Below, piece after piece: positions 43,556 through 52,877 of a stretch of DNA of 64,000 nt. The stretch is from contig NZ_DASRTS010000035.1 of assembly GCF_035655815.1 (NCBI RefSeq), positions 26,050 to 90,049 on the forward strand, in the 5' to 3' direction. The DNA is from Lysobacter sp. (GTDB lineage: Bacteria; Pseudomonadota; Gammaproteobacteria; Xanthomonadales; Xanthomonadaceae). Numbering within the stretch: the first letter of the stretch is position 1; every line of letters starts with the position of its first letter. Position numbers and translations under genes: made by a program. The notes under the pieces were generated by a model that worked only from the letters and a program-made list of their open reading frames with translations, was not told where the DNA came from and made no database searches.

Positions 43556-43821
43556 TTCACTTCCGGATGGTCGCGCAGGACCTGGTGCGCGCGGTCGTAC
43601 TGCTCGCGGCTCTCGGCACGGAAGCTGATGCGCACGGACACGAAACGGCCGTTGCTGGAGAGCTTCCAGTTGACCGTCTCGTGCAGCACTTCGATGCCTG
43701 CATCCATCAGCAACGTGGGAAGCACGGTTTCCAGGTCCTTCTCGGCCGCGCCCATCGCACTGAGCTCGAACGTGCCGGGAAACTGGAACCCATGCTCCGG
43801 GTTGTCGGATTTGATTTCCAT
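43543..43821 (-). CDS. ybeD: DUF493 family protein YbeD
   Basis: 92 aa with [11 protein letters not shown]... and the conserved ybeD-lipB-lipA context. Start at ATG 43819-43821. Confidence 0.85.
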   Translation of the reverse strand: MEIKSDNPEHGFQFPGTFELSAMGAAEKDLETVLPTLLMDAGIEVLHETVNWKLSSNGRFVSVRISFRAESREQYDRAHQVLRDHPEVKWTL

Positions 43822-43905
43822 GGGCGGATTATCGGGGTGGGAGGCGCGGAACCCAAGGGACGGGTTCGACATAAGATGCCCGGATCACCCAAGCAGGGAC
43901 GCCGG

Positions 43906-44679
43906 ATGGACCGGAAATGGGACTTCTACTTCTGCCATGTGGACGACAAGCCCGCATCCATCTACGTCGACCTGCACCTGCGTGACCAGGCGCCCCTGGC
44001 GGCATTGCCCGATCGCGCCTACCTCAGCCTCGTGTTGCGCCAGCCGCGTCCCGACGGGCTTTCCAGCCATGACGAATTCGACGCGCTCAAGGCCATCGAG
44101 GACGCCCTTGAGGAACACCTCGCCTCGCCCACCACGATGTACGTCGGACGCAACACTTCCGACGGGCGGCGGGACTACTGGTTCTACGTCGCGGACGCCG
44201 CTGCCTGGAAGCGGCAGGCGGCGGATTTCATGGCGCGGTTTCCCGACTACTCCCACGAGGCGGAGTCGGAACCGGATCCCGCATGGTCCGCATACCTCGA
44301 ATTCCTGTACCCGAATGAGCAGGGCTGGGACTTCATCACCAATCGCCAAGTGTGCGATAGCTTGGAGGAAAACGGCGACCCGCTGACGCAGGCGCGCGAA
44401 ATCGAACACTGGGCCTACTTTCCCGACGCGTCCTCGTGCGAGGTGTTCGTCGCCCGCGTAACGGCACTGGGGTTCGAAGTGCGCGAGTCGTGGGTAACGG
44501 AGTCGGCAGGTGACGAGGTCGGCGTGCGTCTTGTCCGGCGCGACGTCCCCAGCCATCGCGACATTCACGACGTCACCGTTCCACTGCTCCGCGCAGCGCG
44601 CGACGCGGGCGGGCGCTACGACGGGTGGGAGACGCAATGCCTGCCATCCAACGAACGGCGGGGCTCGCCGCACCAATGA
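43906..44679 (+). CDS. DUF695-like N-terminal domain fused to an RraB-like (regulator of RNase activity B family) C-terminal domain
   Basis: 257 aa. The N-terminal half (WDFYFCHVDDKPASIYVDL...GRRDYWFYV) looks like DUF695. The C-terminal half (DPLTQAREIEHWAYFPD...GFEV...) looks like RraB. Assignment is by motif memory only. Confidence 0.55.
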   Translation: MDRKWDFYFCHVDDKPASIYVDLHLRDQAPLAALPDRAYLSLVLRQPRPDGLSSHDEFDALKAIEDALEEHLASPTTMYVGRNTSDGRRDYWFYVADAAAWKRQAADFMARFPDYSHEAESEPDPAWSAYLEFLYPNEQGWDFITNRQVCDSLEENGDPLTQAREIEHWAYFPDASSCEVFVARVTALGFEVRESWVTESAGDEVGVRLVRRDVPSHRDIHDVTVPLLRAARDAGGRYDGWETQCLPSNERRGSPHQ

Positions 44680-44681
44680 AG

Positions 44682-44705
44682 AAGCCGGCAATTGCCGGCT
44701 TTTTC
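44682..44705 (+). terminator. Rho-independent terminator (AAGCCGGCA-AT-TGCCGGCTT followed by TTTTC)
   Basis: Palindrome starting 3 nt after the stop at 44679, followed by a T-run. It lies between convergent genes. Confidence 0.75.
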
Positions 44706-44741
44706 ATGCGCCCGAAGCCGCGTGCCTGAACCGGGAAAGAA

Positions 44742-45740
44742 CTACCCGCCCGCCGCCGGGTGCGGATCGCGCGGGTCGTACTTGGACAGCTCCAGCAGGG
44801 TCGACGACACCCAGCCCTTGTTGCCCAGTTCGTCCTCGACTTCCCACATCGCGCCGTCTTTGGTGCCGGTGGGGTACAGCATCATGCCCACGTCCAGCGA
44901 GCGCACTGCCTTCGTACCGGCAGGCGTGGTGAACAGGCGCGCCGGCTTGATCACGGTGACCGCGCGGGCGGCGTTCGCCGCGGACGCGTCGTCGGGCAGG
45001 CCACCCAGTTGCGCGACGATGTCGGTGTAGGCCTGCAGGTACGCCATGGCGATGACCTGGCCGATCTCCGTATTGGCGTAACCGCCCACGCCGGCGCTGC
45101 CGAGGCCACTGCCGCCGAACAGGCTCCCGCTTGCGCCGAAGCCGATGTCGGTCTTCTTTGCGCTGCCTTCGGCCATGGCGACCTGCTCGGAAGACCGCAC
45201 GTCGGTGATGGTCAGCACCACGTCGGCGGTCTTGCTGCGCATGTTCAGCGCGCCGCCAAGTGCGGCGCCGCGACTGCCGCCGAGCAGGCCGCCCACCAGT
45301 GCGCCGATGCCGCTGCCGCCTGCGTTGCTGTTGCGCGCGACCAGGTCCGGAACCATCACGTAGTCGGCCGCCTTCACCTGGCCCTTGCCCACGTTGGAGC
45401 GGTTGCGCAGTTCGCCGCCGTAGGACAGCTCGCGCTCGCGCATGGCCGCGTCCATGCCGGCGCCGCGATCGACCAGGGTGAAGCATCCAGACTTGCTGAC
45501 GAAGACCTTGATCAGCTTGGACGGCGCGGGCAGCTGCTCGCCGCTCCACCAACTTGTGGCGTCTTCCGGTTCCAGCACCGAGATGCTGCCGAGCTTCTTG
45601 CTGCACACGGGTATCTGCGCGGTCTTCTCCGCGCGGATCTGCTGCGCGCTCTTGCGTTGCGCGACCGCCGGCGTGGCGATCGTCCCCGCGATGACCAGCA
45701 TGGCCGCGGTCCATACGGCCGCGCGTCCGGTGTGATTCAT
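44742..45740 (-). CDS. Secreted protein with a CsgG/LpoB-like domain, a Gly-rich linker and a C-terminal SH3-like domain
   Basis: 332 aa. Signal peptide; KKLGSISVLEPED...KVFVSKSGCFTLVDRG resembles the CsgG family; Gly-rich stretch GGSGIGALVGGLLGGSRGAALGG; C-terminal SH3_3-like region (RSLDVGMMLYPTGTKDGAMWEVEDELGNKGWV). Confidence 0.55.
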   Translation of the reverse strand: MNHTGRAAVWTAAMLVIAGTIATPAVAQRKSAQQIRAEKTAQIPVCSKKLGSISVLEPEDATSWWSGEQLPAPSKLIKVFVSKSGCFTLVDRGAGMDAAMRERELSYGGELRNRSNVGKGQVKAADYVMVPDLVARNSNAGGSGIGALVGGLLGGSRGAALGGALNMRSKTADVVLTITDVRSSEQVAMAEGSAKKTDIGFGASGSLFGGSGLGSAGVGGYANTEIGQVIAMAYLQAYTDIVAQLGGLPDDASAANAARAVTVIKPARLFTTPAGTKAVRSLDVGMMLYPTGTKDGAMWEVEDELGNKGWVSSTLLELSKYDPRDPHPAAGG

Positions 45741-45938
45741 TCGATCTGCTCCCTGATGAGTTTCCGTCTTCCGTGAGGCTGCGATGCAGCTCCCGCCGTG
45801 TTGCCGCGGCGAGACGGACGCGCGCGGACCGGCGCGAGACGGTAGCGGGCCATGGCACGCACTGCCTTCCGAATTTGTCCCATGGAAACCGGGCGCGCAG
45901 TCGTGCATCGCGCGACGCATGGCGATCGCCCAAAAGAA

Positions 45939-45963
45939 AAGGCCGGCAAGTTGCCGGCCTTTA
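45939..45963 (-). terminator. Rho-independent terminator of the D,D-carboxypeptidase gene
   Basis: AAAGGCCGGCAA / TTGCCGGCCTTT stem. On the minus strand it is followed by TTCTTTTGGG, 24 nt after the stop at 45987. Confidence 0.8.
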
Positions 45964-45986
45964 TCAAGCGACGTTCGTCGAAGGAG

Positions 45987-47201
45987 TCAGTCCGACTCCC
46001 ACCACATCCAGAATTCATCCCACAGGCGCTTGAAGAAGCCGCCCTGCTCGACCGCGTTCAGCGCGACCAGCGGACGCTGTGCGACGACCTTGCCGTCCAG
46101 CGTGACCTTCACCGTGCCGATCTTCTGGCCCTTGGCGATCGGTGCGACCAGCGTCTTGGGCACGTCCATCATCGGCTTGAGCTGGTCGTACTTGCCGCGC
46201 TGCACGGTCACCAGCATCGGCTCGGCGACGCCCAGTTGCACTTCGTCCGCGGCGCCCTTCCACACCTTCTGCCTGGCAATGGCCTTGCCGACGTCGTAGA
46301 GCTTGTGGGTTTCGAAGAAACGGAAGCCCCAGTTGAGCAGCGCCTGCGAATCGACGGCGCGCTGGTTCTCGCTGGTGGAACCCATGACCACCGAGATCAG
46401 GCGCTGGTCGCCGCGCTTGGCCGAGGCCATCAGGCAGTAGCCCGCGCCGGAGTGGTGGCCCGTCTTGATGCCGTCCACGCTCGGATCGCGCCACAGCAGC
46501 AGGTTGCGGTTGGGCTGCGTGATCGGACCGACCGTGAATTCCTTGATCTTGTTGTACGAATACGCGACCGGATAGTCGTGGATCAACGCACGGCCGAGCA
46601 GCGCCAGGTCGCGCGCCGTGGAGACGTGTCCCTCAGCCGAGAGGCCGGTCGGGTTCACGAAATGCGAGTTCTTCATGCCGATGCGGGCGGCGTACTGGTT
46701 CATCAGCGACGCGAAAGCATCCGTGCTGCCGGCGACGTGCTCGGCCAGCGCGATCGCGGCATCGTTGCCCGACTGGACGACCATGCCCTTTTCCATCTCC
46801 AGCAGTGGCGCGGTCTTGTTGACCTCGAAACCGGAGTAGCTGCCGTCGGTGCCCGCGCCGCCGACGCGCCAGGCGTTCTCGGTCATCATCACCTGGTCGT
46901 CTGGCTTGATCTTGCCGGCCGCCATTTCCGCGGCGATCACGTAGCTGGTCATCACCTTGGTGATGCTGGCCGGCTCCATCGGCTGGTCGTAGTTCTCGCC
47001 GGCCAGGATGTTGCCGCTGGCGGCATCCATCACCACCCAGGCGGTGCCGGTGACCTTCGGCGGAGGCGGCACCGGCAGCGAGTCGCTGGCCGGCGGCTGC
47101 GCGGTGCGCGGCTGCGGCGTGGTCTGCGCGATGGCAAGGCCCGCCACCAGCGTGGTGGCGGCAGCGAGTACGGCGGCTCTGGCGAGAGCGGGGACTTTCA
47201 T
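45987..47201 (-). CDS. dacA: D-alanyl-D-alanine carboxypeptidase (PBP5/6 family, S11)
   Basis: Signal peptide; SITK (SxxK), SGND (SxN) and KTGH (KTG) motifs; C-terminal beta-sandwich domain. Start at ATG 47199-47201. Assignment to a specific paralog (dacA versus dacC) is uncertain. Confidence 0.85.
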   Translation of the reverse strand: MKVPALARAAVLAAATTLVAGLAIAQTTPQPRTAQPPASDSLPVPPPPKVTGTAWVVMDAASGNILAGENYDQPMEPASITKVMTSYVIAAEMAAGKIKPDDQVMMTENAWRVGGAGTDGSYSGFEVNKTAPLLEMEKGMVVQSGNDAAIALAEHVAGSTDAFASLMNQYAARIGMKNSHFVNPTGLSAEGHVSTARDLALLGRALIHDYPVAYSYNKIKEFTVGPITQPNRNLLLWRDPSVDGIKTGHHSGAGYCLMASAKRGDQRLISVVMGSTSENQRAVDSQALLNWGFRFFETHKLYDVGKAIARQKVWKGAADEVQLGVAEPMLVTVQRGKYDQLKPMMDVPKTLVAPIAKGQKIGTVKVTLDGKVVAQRPLVALNAVEQGGFFKRLWDEFWMWWESD

Positions 47202-47262
47202 CTTCTGGGCGGCTCCGGCGGCCGGACGAGCCGGCCTGTGACAAAAATAAAGAGGAGAAATT

Positions 47263-48369
47263 CTAGTCGCGCACGCGCTGCGGCTGGCCGAAACCCAGAC
47301 CCGCGATGCGGGCGGCGAGTTCCGTGACCTGGGCGGGCTGCAGCGGCCCCACCCGCACGCGCCAGATGGTCTGGCCGTTGGTGCTGGCATCGCTGAGCTG
47401 CGCAGTGTCGATACCGGCCTGGCGCAGCTGCGACAGGGCGCGATCGGCGTTGGCGCGGGCGGTGAAGCTGGCGACCTGGTACATCACGCCCGGGTCGCCC
47501 GAAGCCACGGGCGATGTGGGCGCCGGCGCGGGCCGGCCCGTCGCGATGCGCACGCCCGGCGGCAGTTCGCCGGCCTTGGCATTGGCGATGGGCATGGCGG
47601 CGACCAGGCGGTCCATCGCGCTCGGCGCCGCTGGCTTGGCGGGCCCCGCAGCCGGCGCGGACGCCATGGTCGCCTCGTCATCGCCCGGCGTCAGTGCGCG
47701 CACCTCGACCCGGCCCGTGCCGCGCTGGGTGATGCCCAGCTTGACCGCGGCGGCGTAGCTGAGGTCGATCAGACGCCCGTCGTGGAAGGGTCCGCGATCG
47801 TTGACGCGCACCACCACCGACTTGCCGTTGTCGAGGTTGGTGACGCGGGCGAAGCTCGGCAGCGGCAGTGTCTTGTGCGCGGCGGTGAAGGCGTACATGT
47901 CGTACACCTCCAGGTTGGACGTGCGGCGGCCGTGGAACTTCTGCCCGTAGTACGAGGCGGTGCCGCGCTCGCTATAGCCCTTGGGGTTGTCGAGCACCTT
48001 GTAGGTCTTGCCCAGCACCTTGTACGAGGGCCGGTTGCCCACGGCCGAACGCGGCTCGGCGGTGACTTCGGGCTCGGGAATCGCATCCACGTCCGGGATG
48101 TAGTCCGGCGTGGTGTCCGGCACGCCCGGCTTGTACAGGCCGCCAGCGATGTAGTCGCCACGCGTGCGCGGGTCTTCCTGGGCGGGCGCGTACGGGGATT
48201 TCTTCTTGCCTCCGGGAAGCGGCGCGCGATGCACGCCATCGCGATCCGGGGCCGGCACCGCTTCGGAAGCGGACTTCTTGGGATTGCTCGCGCAGGCCGC
48301 CAGGCCCAGCACCAGCGCGGCGGCAAATACCCTCAGGGCCACGCCGCGATGAAGGCTGGCGCCGTTCAT
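47263..48369 (-). CDS. rlpA: Septal ring lytic transglycosylase RlpA (DPBB domain + C-terminal SPOR domain), lipoprotein
   Basis: Lipobox LGLAAC; ASYYGQKFHGRRTSNLEVYDMYAFTAAHKTLPLPS...VRVNDRGPF (DPBB); C-terminal SPOR (YQVASFTARANADRALSQL...WRVRVGP). Its ATG overlaps the mltB stop. Confidence 0.9.
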   Translation of the reverse strand: MNGASLHRGVALRVFAAALVLGLAACASNPKKSASEAVPAPDRDGVHRAPLPGGKKKSPYAPAQEDPRTRGDYIAGGLYKPGVPDTTPDYIPDVDAIPEPEVTAEPRSAVGNRPSYKVLGKTYKVLDNPKGYSERGTASYYGQKFHGRRTSNLEVYDMYAFTAAHKTLPLPSFARVTNLDNGKSVVVRVNDRGPFHDGRLIDLSYAAAVKLGITQRGTGRVEVRALTPGDDEATMASAPAAGPAKPAAPSAMDRLVAAMPIANAKAGELPPGVRIATGRPAPAPTSPVASGDPGVMYQVASFTARANADRALSQLRQAGIDTAQLSDASTNGQTIWRVRVGPLQPAQVTELAARIAGLGFGQPQRVRD

Positions 48370-49517
48370 GCCGCCGGTTGCCCCGTGCCGGCATCGGCGA
48401 CCGGCACATCCCGCCCGACGATCGCCTCGCTCAGCTGGTACACCGCCATCGCGTAGTGCTTGGAGATGTTGTAGCGGGTGATCGCGTAGAAATTGCGGAA
48501 GCCGAACCAGTATTCCGGCCCGGCCACGCCATCCAGGCTGACCACGGTAGCGGTCTGGCCGGGCGCGACGGCGCCCAGCGGCCGGAAGCCGCGCCTGGCC
48601 AGATCGTCGAGCGTGTATACGGGATCCAGGCTTTCCGGCTGGATCGGCTGCGCGCCGACGTCCGCATTGGCCCGCAGCGTCACCGGGCCGCCACGCACCC
48701 AGCCGCCCTTCTTGACGAAGTAGTTGGCGATGGACGCGAACACGTCGTCGAGGTTGTTGAACAGGTCGCGCTTGCCGTCGCCGTCGCCGTCGACGGCGAA
48801 CTCGCGATAGCTCGACGGCATGAACTGACCCCAACCCATCGCGCCGGCATAACTGCCGGTGAGCGTGGTGATGTCGAGTCCGGTTTCCTTGCCCAGCGCG
48901 AACAACTGCGCCAGTTCGCCGCGGAAGAACGCCTCGCGGCGGTTCTCGCGATCGGCCTTGGCCGGATCGCCGCTGCGCGGATAGGCGAAGGCGAGCGTGT
49001 ACAGCGCATCCAGCACCGGATACGAACCGGTGTTGCGGCCGTAGTTGGTCTCCACGCCGATGATTGCGACGATCACCTGCGCGGGCACGCCGTACTGGGC
49101 CTCCACGCGCGCCAGCGCATCGCGGTGCTGGGCGAGGAACTCGCGGCCGCCGTCGATCCGGGTCTGGGTGATGAAGATGGGGCGGTAGTCGCGCCAAGGC
49201 TTGGCCTCGGCCGGGCGCGACATGGCGGTGATGATGCTGTCGCGGATCTCGGCGCGTGCCAGCACCGACTCGATATAGGCCGGATCGATGCCGTACTGCG
49301 TGGCGGTGTCGCGTACGAACGCGGCGCGCGCCTGCTCCAGGGGCTGCTGCACCACCGGTTCGGGCAAGGCGGGCGTGCCCGGGACCTGCGGCACGGGCGC
49401 AGCGGGAGCAGGGGTCTGGGCGGGCGCGGGCGGCGGCGCAGCGGGTGTCGCGCAACCGGCCAACGCGAGCAGGAGCGCGCTGATCACGGCGCTACGGGGC
49501 ATGTGGCGTCGGGTCAT
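48366..49517 (-). CDS. mltB: Lytic murein transglycosylase B
   Basis: Lipobox LALAGC; GVETNYG catalytic-Glu block; MGWGQFMPSSY; YNISKHYAMAV C-terminal motif. Confidence 0.9.
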   Translation of the reverse strand: MTRRHMPRSAVISALLLALAGCATPAAPPPAPAQTPAPAAPVPQVPGTPALPEPVVQQPLEQARAAFVRDTATQYGIDPAYIESVLARAEIRDSIITAMSRPAEAKPWRDYRPIFITQTRIDGGREFLAQHRDALARVEAQYGVPAQVIVAIIGVETNYGRNTGSYPVLDALYTLAFAYPRSGDPAKADRENRREAFFRGELAQLFALGKETGLDITTLTGSYAGAMGWGQFMPSSYREFAVDGDGDGKRDLFNNLDDVFASIANYFVKKGGWVRGGPVTLRANADVGAQPIQPESLDPVYTLDDLARRGFRPLGAVAPGQTATVVSLDGVAGPEYWFGFRNFYAITRYNISKHYAMAVYQLSEAIVGRDVPVADAGTGQPAA

Positions 49518-49631
49518 CGACGCGAGGGTAGCACGCGTTCCGGGACGTCAAAACCGCGTGTTTGCGCGATGATCGGCTGCGAGTCAGCTTCGTCGGTGCG
49601 TGCGCCCACGCTGAATGCGCATTGGTGCGAG

Positions 49632-50744
49632 TCAGCGTGCGTAGATCGGCCGATGCGCGCGCACCGCCATCACCACGCCGAGGCCCGCGAGCAGCGAGAC
49701 CGCCGACGTGCCGCCGTAACTCAGCAACGGCATCGGCACGCCGACCACCGGCAACAGGCCCGAGATCATGCCGCCATTGACGATGACGTACACGCAGAAC
49801 GCCAGGCCCAGCGCGCCGGCAATCAGGCGCGAATAGCCGTCGCGTGCTTCCGCGGCGATCCACAGGCAGCGGCCGACCACGAACAGGTACAGCGCCAGCA
49901 CGGTGGCCACGCCGGCCCAGCCGAACTCCTCGCTGAGCACGGCGAAGATGAAGTCGGTGGTGTGTTCGGGCAGGTAGTTGAGGTGCGACTGGCTGCCCTG
50001 CCCCCAGCCCTTGCCCGTGAGGCCACCGGCGCCGATGGCGATCTTCGACTGGATGATGTTCCAGCCGGTGCCCAAAGGATCGGACTCGGGGTTGAGGAAG
50101 GTGAGGATGCGGTCCTTCTGGTACGGCCGCAGCAGCCAGAACCACGCGACGGGTGCGACCGCGGCAACCGCGCCGAACGCCATGCCGAACCACCACCACG
50201 GCAGGCCGGCCAGGTACAGCGCGAAGGCGCCGCTCACCGCCACCAGCATGGCCGTGCCGAAGTCCGGCTGCAGCAGGATCAGCCCGGTCGGCACGGCGAT
50301 CAGGATCGCGGCGACCAGCACGGTGCGCAGCCGCGGCGGCAGCGCCTGCCGGTCCAGGTACCAGGCCACCATCATCGGCAGGCTGAGCTTGAGCAGCTCG
50401 GCCGGCTGCACGTACACCACGCCCAGGTTGATCCAGTGCCGCCCGTGCTTGCCGGTGCCGATCAGCAGCACCAGGATCAGCGGGATCAGCGAGCCGGCGA
50501 ACAGGATCGGCGTCCAGTTGCGCAGCTGGTTCGGCGGAATGCGCGAGAGCACCCACATCACGCCCAGGCCGGCGACGAAGAACGCGCCCTGCCGCACGAC
50601 CAGGCCCATCGAGTGGTCGGCCGCGCTGTACAGCACCGCCAGGCCGATGCCCATCAGCGCCAGCAGCGCGCCGACCAGCGGCAGGTCGAGCGTGCGCGCG
50701 AAGCGCACCAGCAGGTCGAACAGCCAGCGCAGGATCTGCCTCAT
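49632..50744 (-). CDS. rodA: Rod-shape SEDS peptidoglycan glycosyltransferase RodA
   Basis: 370 aa with 10 helices. PDFGTA, EHTTDFIFAV and PLLSYGGTS motifs. Its start overlaps the mrdA stop. Confidence 0.95.
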   Translation of the reverse strand: MRQILRWLFDLLVRFARTLDLPLVGALLALMGIGLAVLYSAADHSMGLVVRQGAFFVAGLGVMWVLSRIPPNQLRNWTPILFAGSLIPLILVLLIGTGKHGRHWINLGVVYVQPAELLKLSLPMMVAWYLDRQALPPRLRTVLVAAILIAVPTGLILLQPDFGTAMLVAVSGAFALYLAGLPWWWFGMAFGAVAAVAPVAWFWLLRPYQKDRILTFLNPESDPLGTGWNIIQSKIAIGAGGLTGKGWGQGSQSHLNYLPEHTTDFIFAVLSEEFGWAGVATVLALYLFVVGRCLWIAAEARDGYSRLIAGALGLAFCVYVIVNGGMISGLLPVVGVPMPLLSYGGTSAVSLLAGLGVVMAVRAHRPIYAR

Positions 50745-52876
50745 CGGGTGGGCTCCTGCGGGCGCTGCAGCCGTGCCTCATCGGCGGCGCCATTGGACCG
50801 GACGGCCGAGGGTCCGGCCGGAGCAGTTGTTGCGGGCGCCGGCCGGCCAGCGTCCGCGGCTCCGCCGACCCTCACCCCAACCCCTCTCCCGGCGGGAGAG
50901 GGGCTTCGCGTGGCGGGCGCCGAGGGCGTTGCCGCGCTTGCGGGTGCGGGTGCGGCGGGAGCGGCAGGCGCCGGGCCGATCGGCTCGGCCTTGGGCTGCG
51001 GCGGACGCACGTACTTGGGATCGGTCGGGATCGGTTCGGGCATCTTGCCCAGCAACCAGGCGTCGAAGATCTTGCGCGCGATCGGCGCCGCGGTGCTGCC
51101 GCCGAAGCCGCCATGTTCGACCGAGATCGCTACCACGATGGTCGGGTTGTCGGCCGGTGCGTAGCCGACGAACAGCGCCTGGTGGCGCAGGTGGTACGGC
51201 AGCGAATGCGGATCGAAGCTCTGGCTGCCCTTGCGGCTGATCTTCTGCGCGGTGCCGGTCTTGCCGGCCATGAGGTACGGAGCGCCGGCGGCCATCGCGC
51301 GGCCGGTGCCGCCGGGGCCCATCGTGGCGATCATGCCTTCCTGCACCGCGCGCAGGTTGGACGGGTTGTCGGTGATGCGCGGCGGCGTGGGCTGCGGCAG
51401 CTTCAGCCACGGCGTGTCATAGCCATCGCGGCGTTCGACGACGAGGTGCGGACGCACCAGGTCGCCACCGTTCGCGATGGCCGCGGTGCCGCGCACCAGC
51501 TGCAGCACCGTGGCGATCCAGTAGCCCTGGCCGATGCCGGCGTTGACCGTCTCGCCCGCGTACCACGGCTCCTTGCTGCGCTTGCGCTTCCACTCCGGCG
51601 ACGGCACCACGCCCACGTTCTCGCCGGCCAGGTCGATGCCGGTGCGCGCGCCGAACCCGTACTTGTGCATGTACTGGGCGAAGCGGTCGATGCCCATGTC
51701 GTAGGCGAGCTTGTAGTAGTAGTAGTTCACCGACGCGGCGATCGACTTGCGCAGGTCGGTCCAGCCCGCGCCGCCGTGCGCGTCGCGCCAGCCGCGGCGC
51801 TGGCCGGGGATGTAGAACGTGCCGGTGGAGAACACCGCGTCCTCGGGACGGCGCAGGCCGCTGTCCAGGCCCGCCAGCGCGATCAGCGGCTTCACCGTCG
51901 AACCCGGCGGGCCGCCGCCGAGCACGTTGCGGTTGAACAGCGGACGCGACGGGTTGTCCATCAGCGCGCGGTAGTCGGCGTTGGAAATGCCGTTGACGAA
52001 CAGGTTGGTGTCGTAACCCGGCAGGCTGACCATGCCGAGGATCTCGCCGGTGCGCGGATCCATTGCCACCGCCGAGCCGTCCATGTCGCCGAACGCGGTG
52101 ACCATGGCCTGCTGCAGGTCCAGGTCGATGCTGAGCCTCAGGTCCGAGCCCGGCGTGGCCGGCACGTGGCCGACCTGGCGCATCGGTCGGCCGTCGACGT
52201 TGGTCTCGATCTGCTCGTAGCCGACCTTGCCGCGCAGCACGTCCTCGTAATAGCGCTCCAGCCCGGTCTTGCCGATATGGGTGAGCGCGGCGCTGCCTTC
52301 GCCGAGCTGCTTGACGTCGTCGGCGTCGATGCGGCCGACGTAGCCGATGACGTGAGAGAGCAGTTCGCCGTAGGGGTAACGCCGGTTGAGGTACGGCACC
52401 AGTTCGATGCCGGGGTAGCGCCAGCGGTCCACCGCGAACCTCGCGGCCTCCTCCTCGGTCACGCGCAGCTTCAGCGTGATCGGCTTGAAGCCGCGCGTCG
52501 CCCTGCGCTCGTCCTCGAAGCGCGCCACGTCTTCGGGGCTGATGGCGATGATCTGCGACAGGGACGGCAGCCACTTGTCCGACTTGCCGGCTTCGAACGG
52601 CGTCACTTCGATGCGGTAGGCCGGCACGTTGTCGGCCAGCACGCGCCCCTTCCGGTCGAGGATCAGCCCGCGCCCCGGCACGACCGGGCGCAGCTTGATG
52701 CGATTGGCTTCCGACTGCGTGGCGTAGTCGTCGTGCTGCCACACCTGCAGGCGGAAGTACCAGAACGACAGGCCCACCAGCGCCACCAGCACGCAGGCGA
52801 AGGCGATGGCGGAGCGCAGTCGGAACTGGTTGGCTTCGGCTGCGCTGTTCTTCAGGACGCGGCGGCGCGGGCCCAT
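50741..52876 (-). CDS. mrdA: Penicillin-binding protein 2 (elongasome transpeptidase) with a ~100-aa Pro/Ala-rich C-terminal extension
   Basis: STVKP (SxxK), SVN (SxN) and KTGTA (KTG) motifs. Start at ATG 52874-52876. The tail reads through a REP palindrome at about 50868-50905. Confidence 0.9.
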   Translation of the reverse strand: MGPRRRVLKNSAAEANQFRLRSAIAFACVLVALVGLSFWYFRLQVWQHDDYATQSEANRIKLRPVVPGRGLILDRKGRVLADNVPAYRIEVTPFEAGKSDKWLPSLSQIIAISPEDVARFEDERRATRGFKPITLKLRVTEEEAARFAVDRWRYPGIELVPYLNRRYPYGELLSHVIGYVGRIDADDVKQLGEGSAALTHIGKTGLERYYEDVLRGKVGYEQIETNVDGRPMRQVGHVPATPGSDLRLSIDLDLQQAMVTAFGDMDGSAVAMDPRTGEILGMVSLPGYDTNLFVNGISNADYRALMDNPSRPLFNRNVLGGGPPGSTVKPLIALAGLDSGLRRPEDAVFSTGTFYIPGQRRGWRDAHGGAGWTDLRKSIAASVNYYYYKLAYDMGIDRFAQYMHKYGFGARTGIDLAGENVGVVPSPEWKRKRSKEPWYAGETVNAGIGQGYWIATVLQLVRGTAAIANGGDLVRPHLVVERRDGYDTPWLKLPQPTPPRITDNPSNLRAVQEGMIATMGPGGTGRAMAAGAPYLMAGKTGTAQKISRKGSQSFDPHSLPYHLRHQALFVGYAPADNPTIVVAISVEHGGFGGSTAAPIARKIFDAWLLGKMPEPIPTDPKYVRPPQPKAEPIGPAPAAPAAPAPASAATPSAPATRSPSPAGRGVGVRVGGAADAGRPAPATTAPAGPSAVRSNGAADEARLQRPQEPTR
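50868..50905. repeat. REP-type palindrome (CCCCTCTCCC-GGCG-GGAGAGGGG with flanking CTCACCCCAA) embedded in the mrdA 3' coding region
   Basis: Same family as the intergenic element at 59971-60003 (CCCTCCCCTG-CTTG-CAGGGGAGGG-TTGGGTTGGG). Here it is translated as ...SPSPAGRGVGVRV... Confidence 0.7.
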
Positions 52877-52877
52877 C

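Noticed and set aside
47263-49455. 730-aa ORF spanning rlpA and the mltB region
   Set aside because: Only the last 368 codons (from ATG 48369) have RlpA features (lipobox, DPBB, SPOR). The upstream part is out-of-frame overlap with mltB, which has its own clear ORF (48366-49517).
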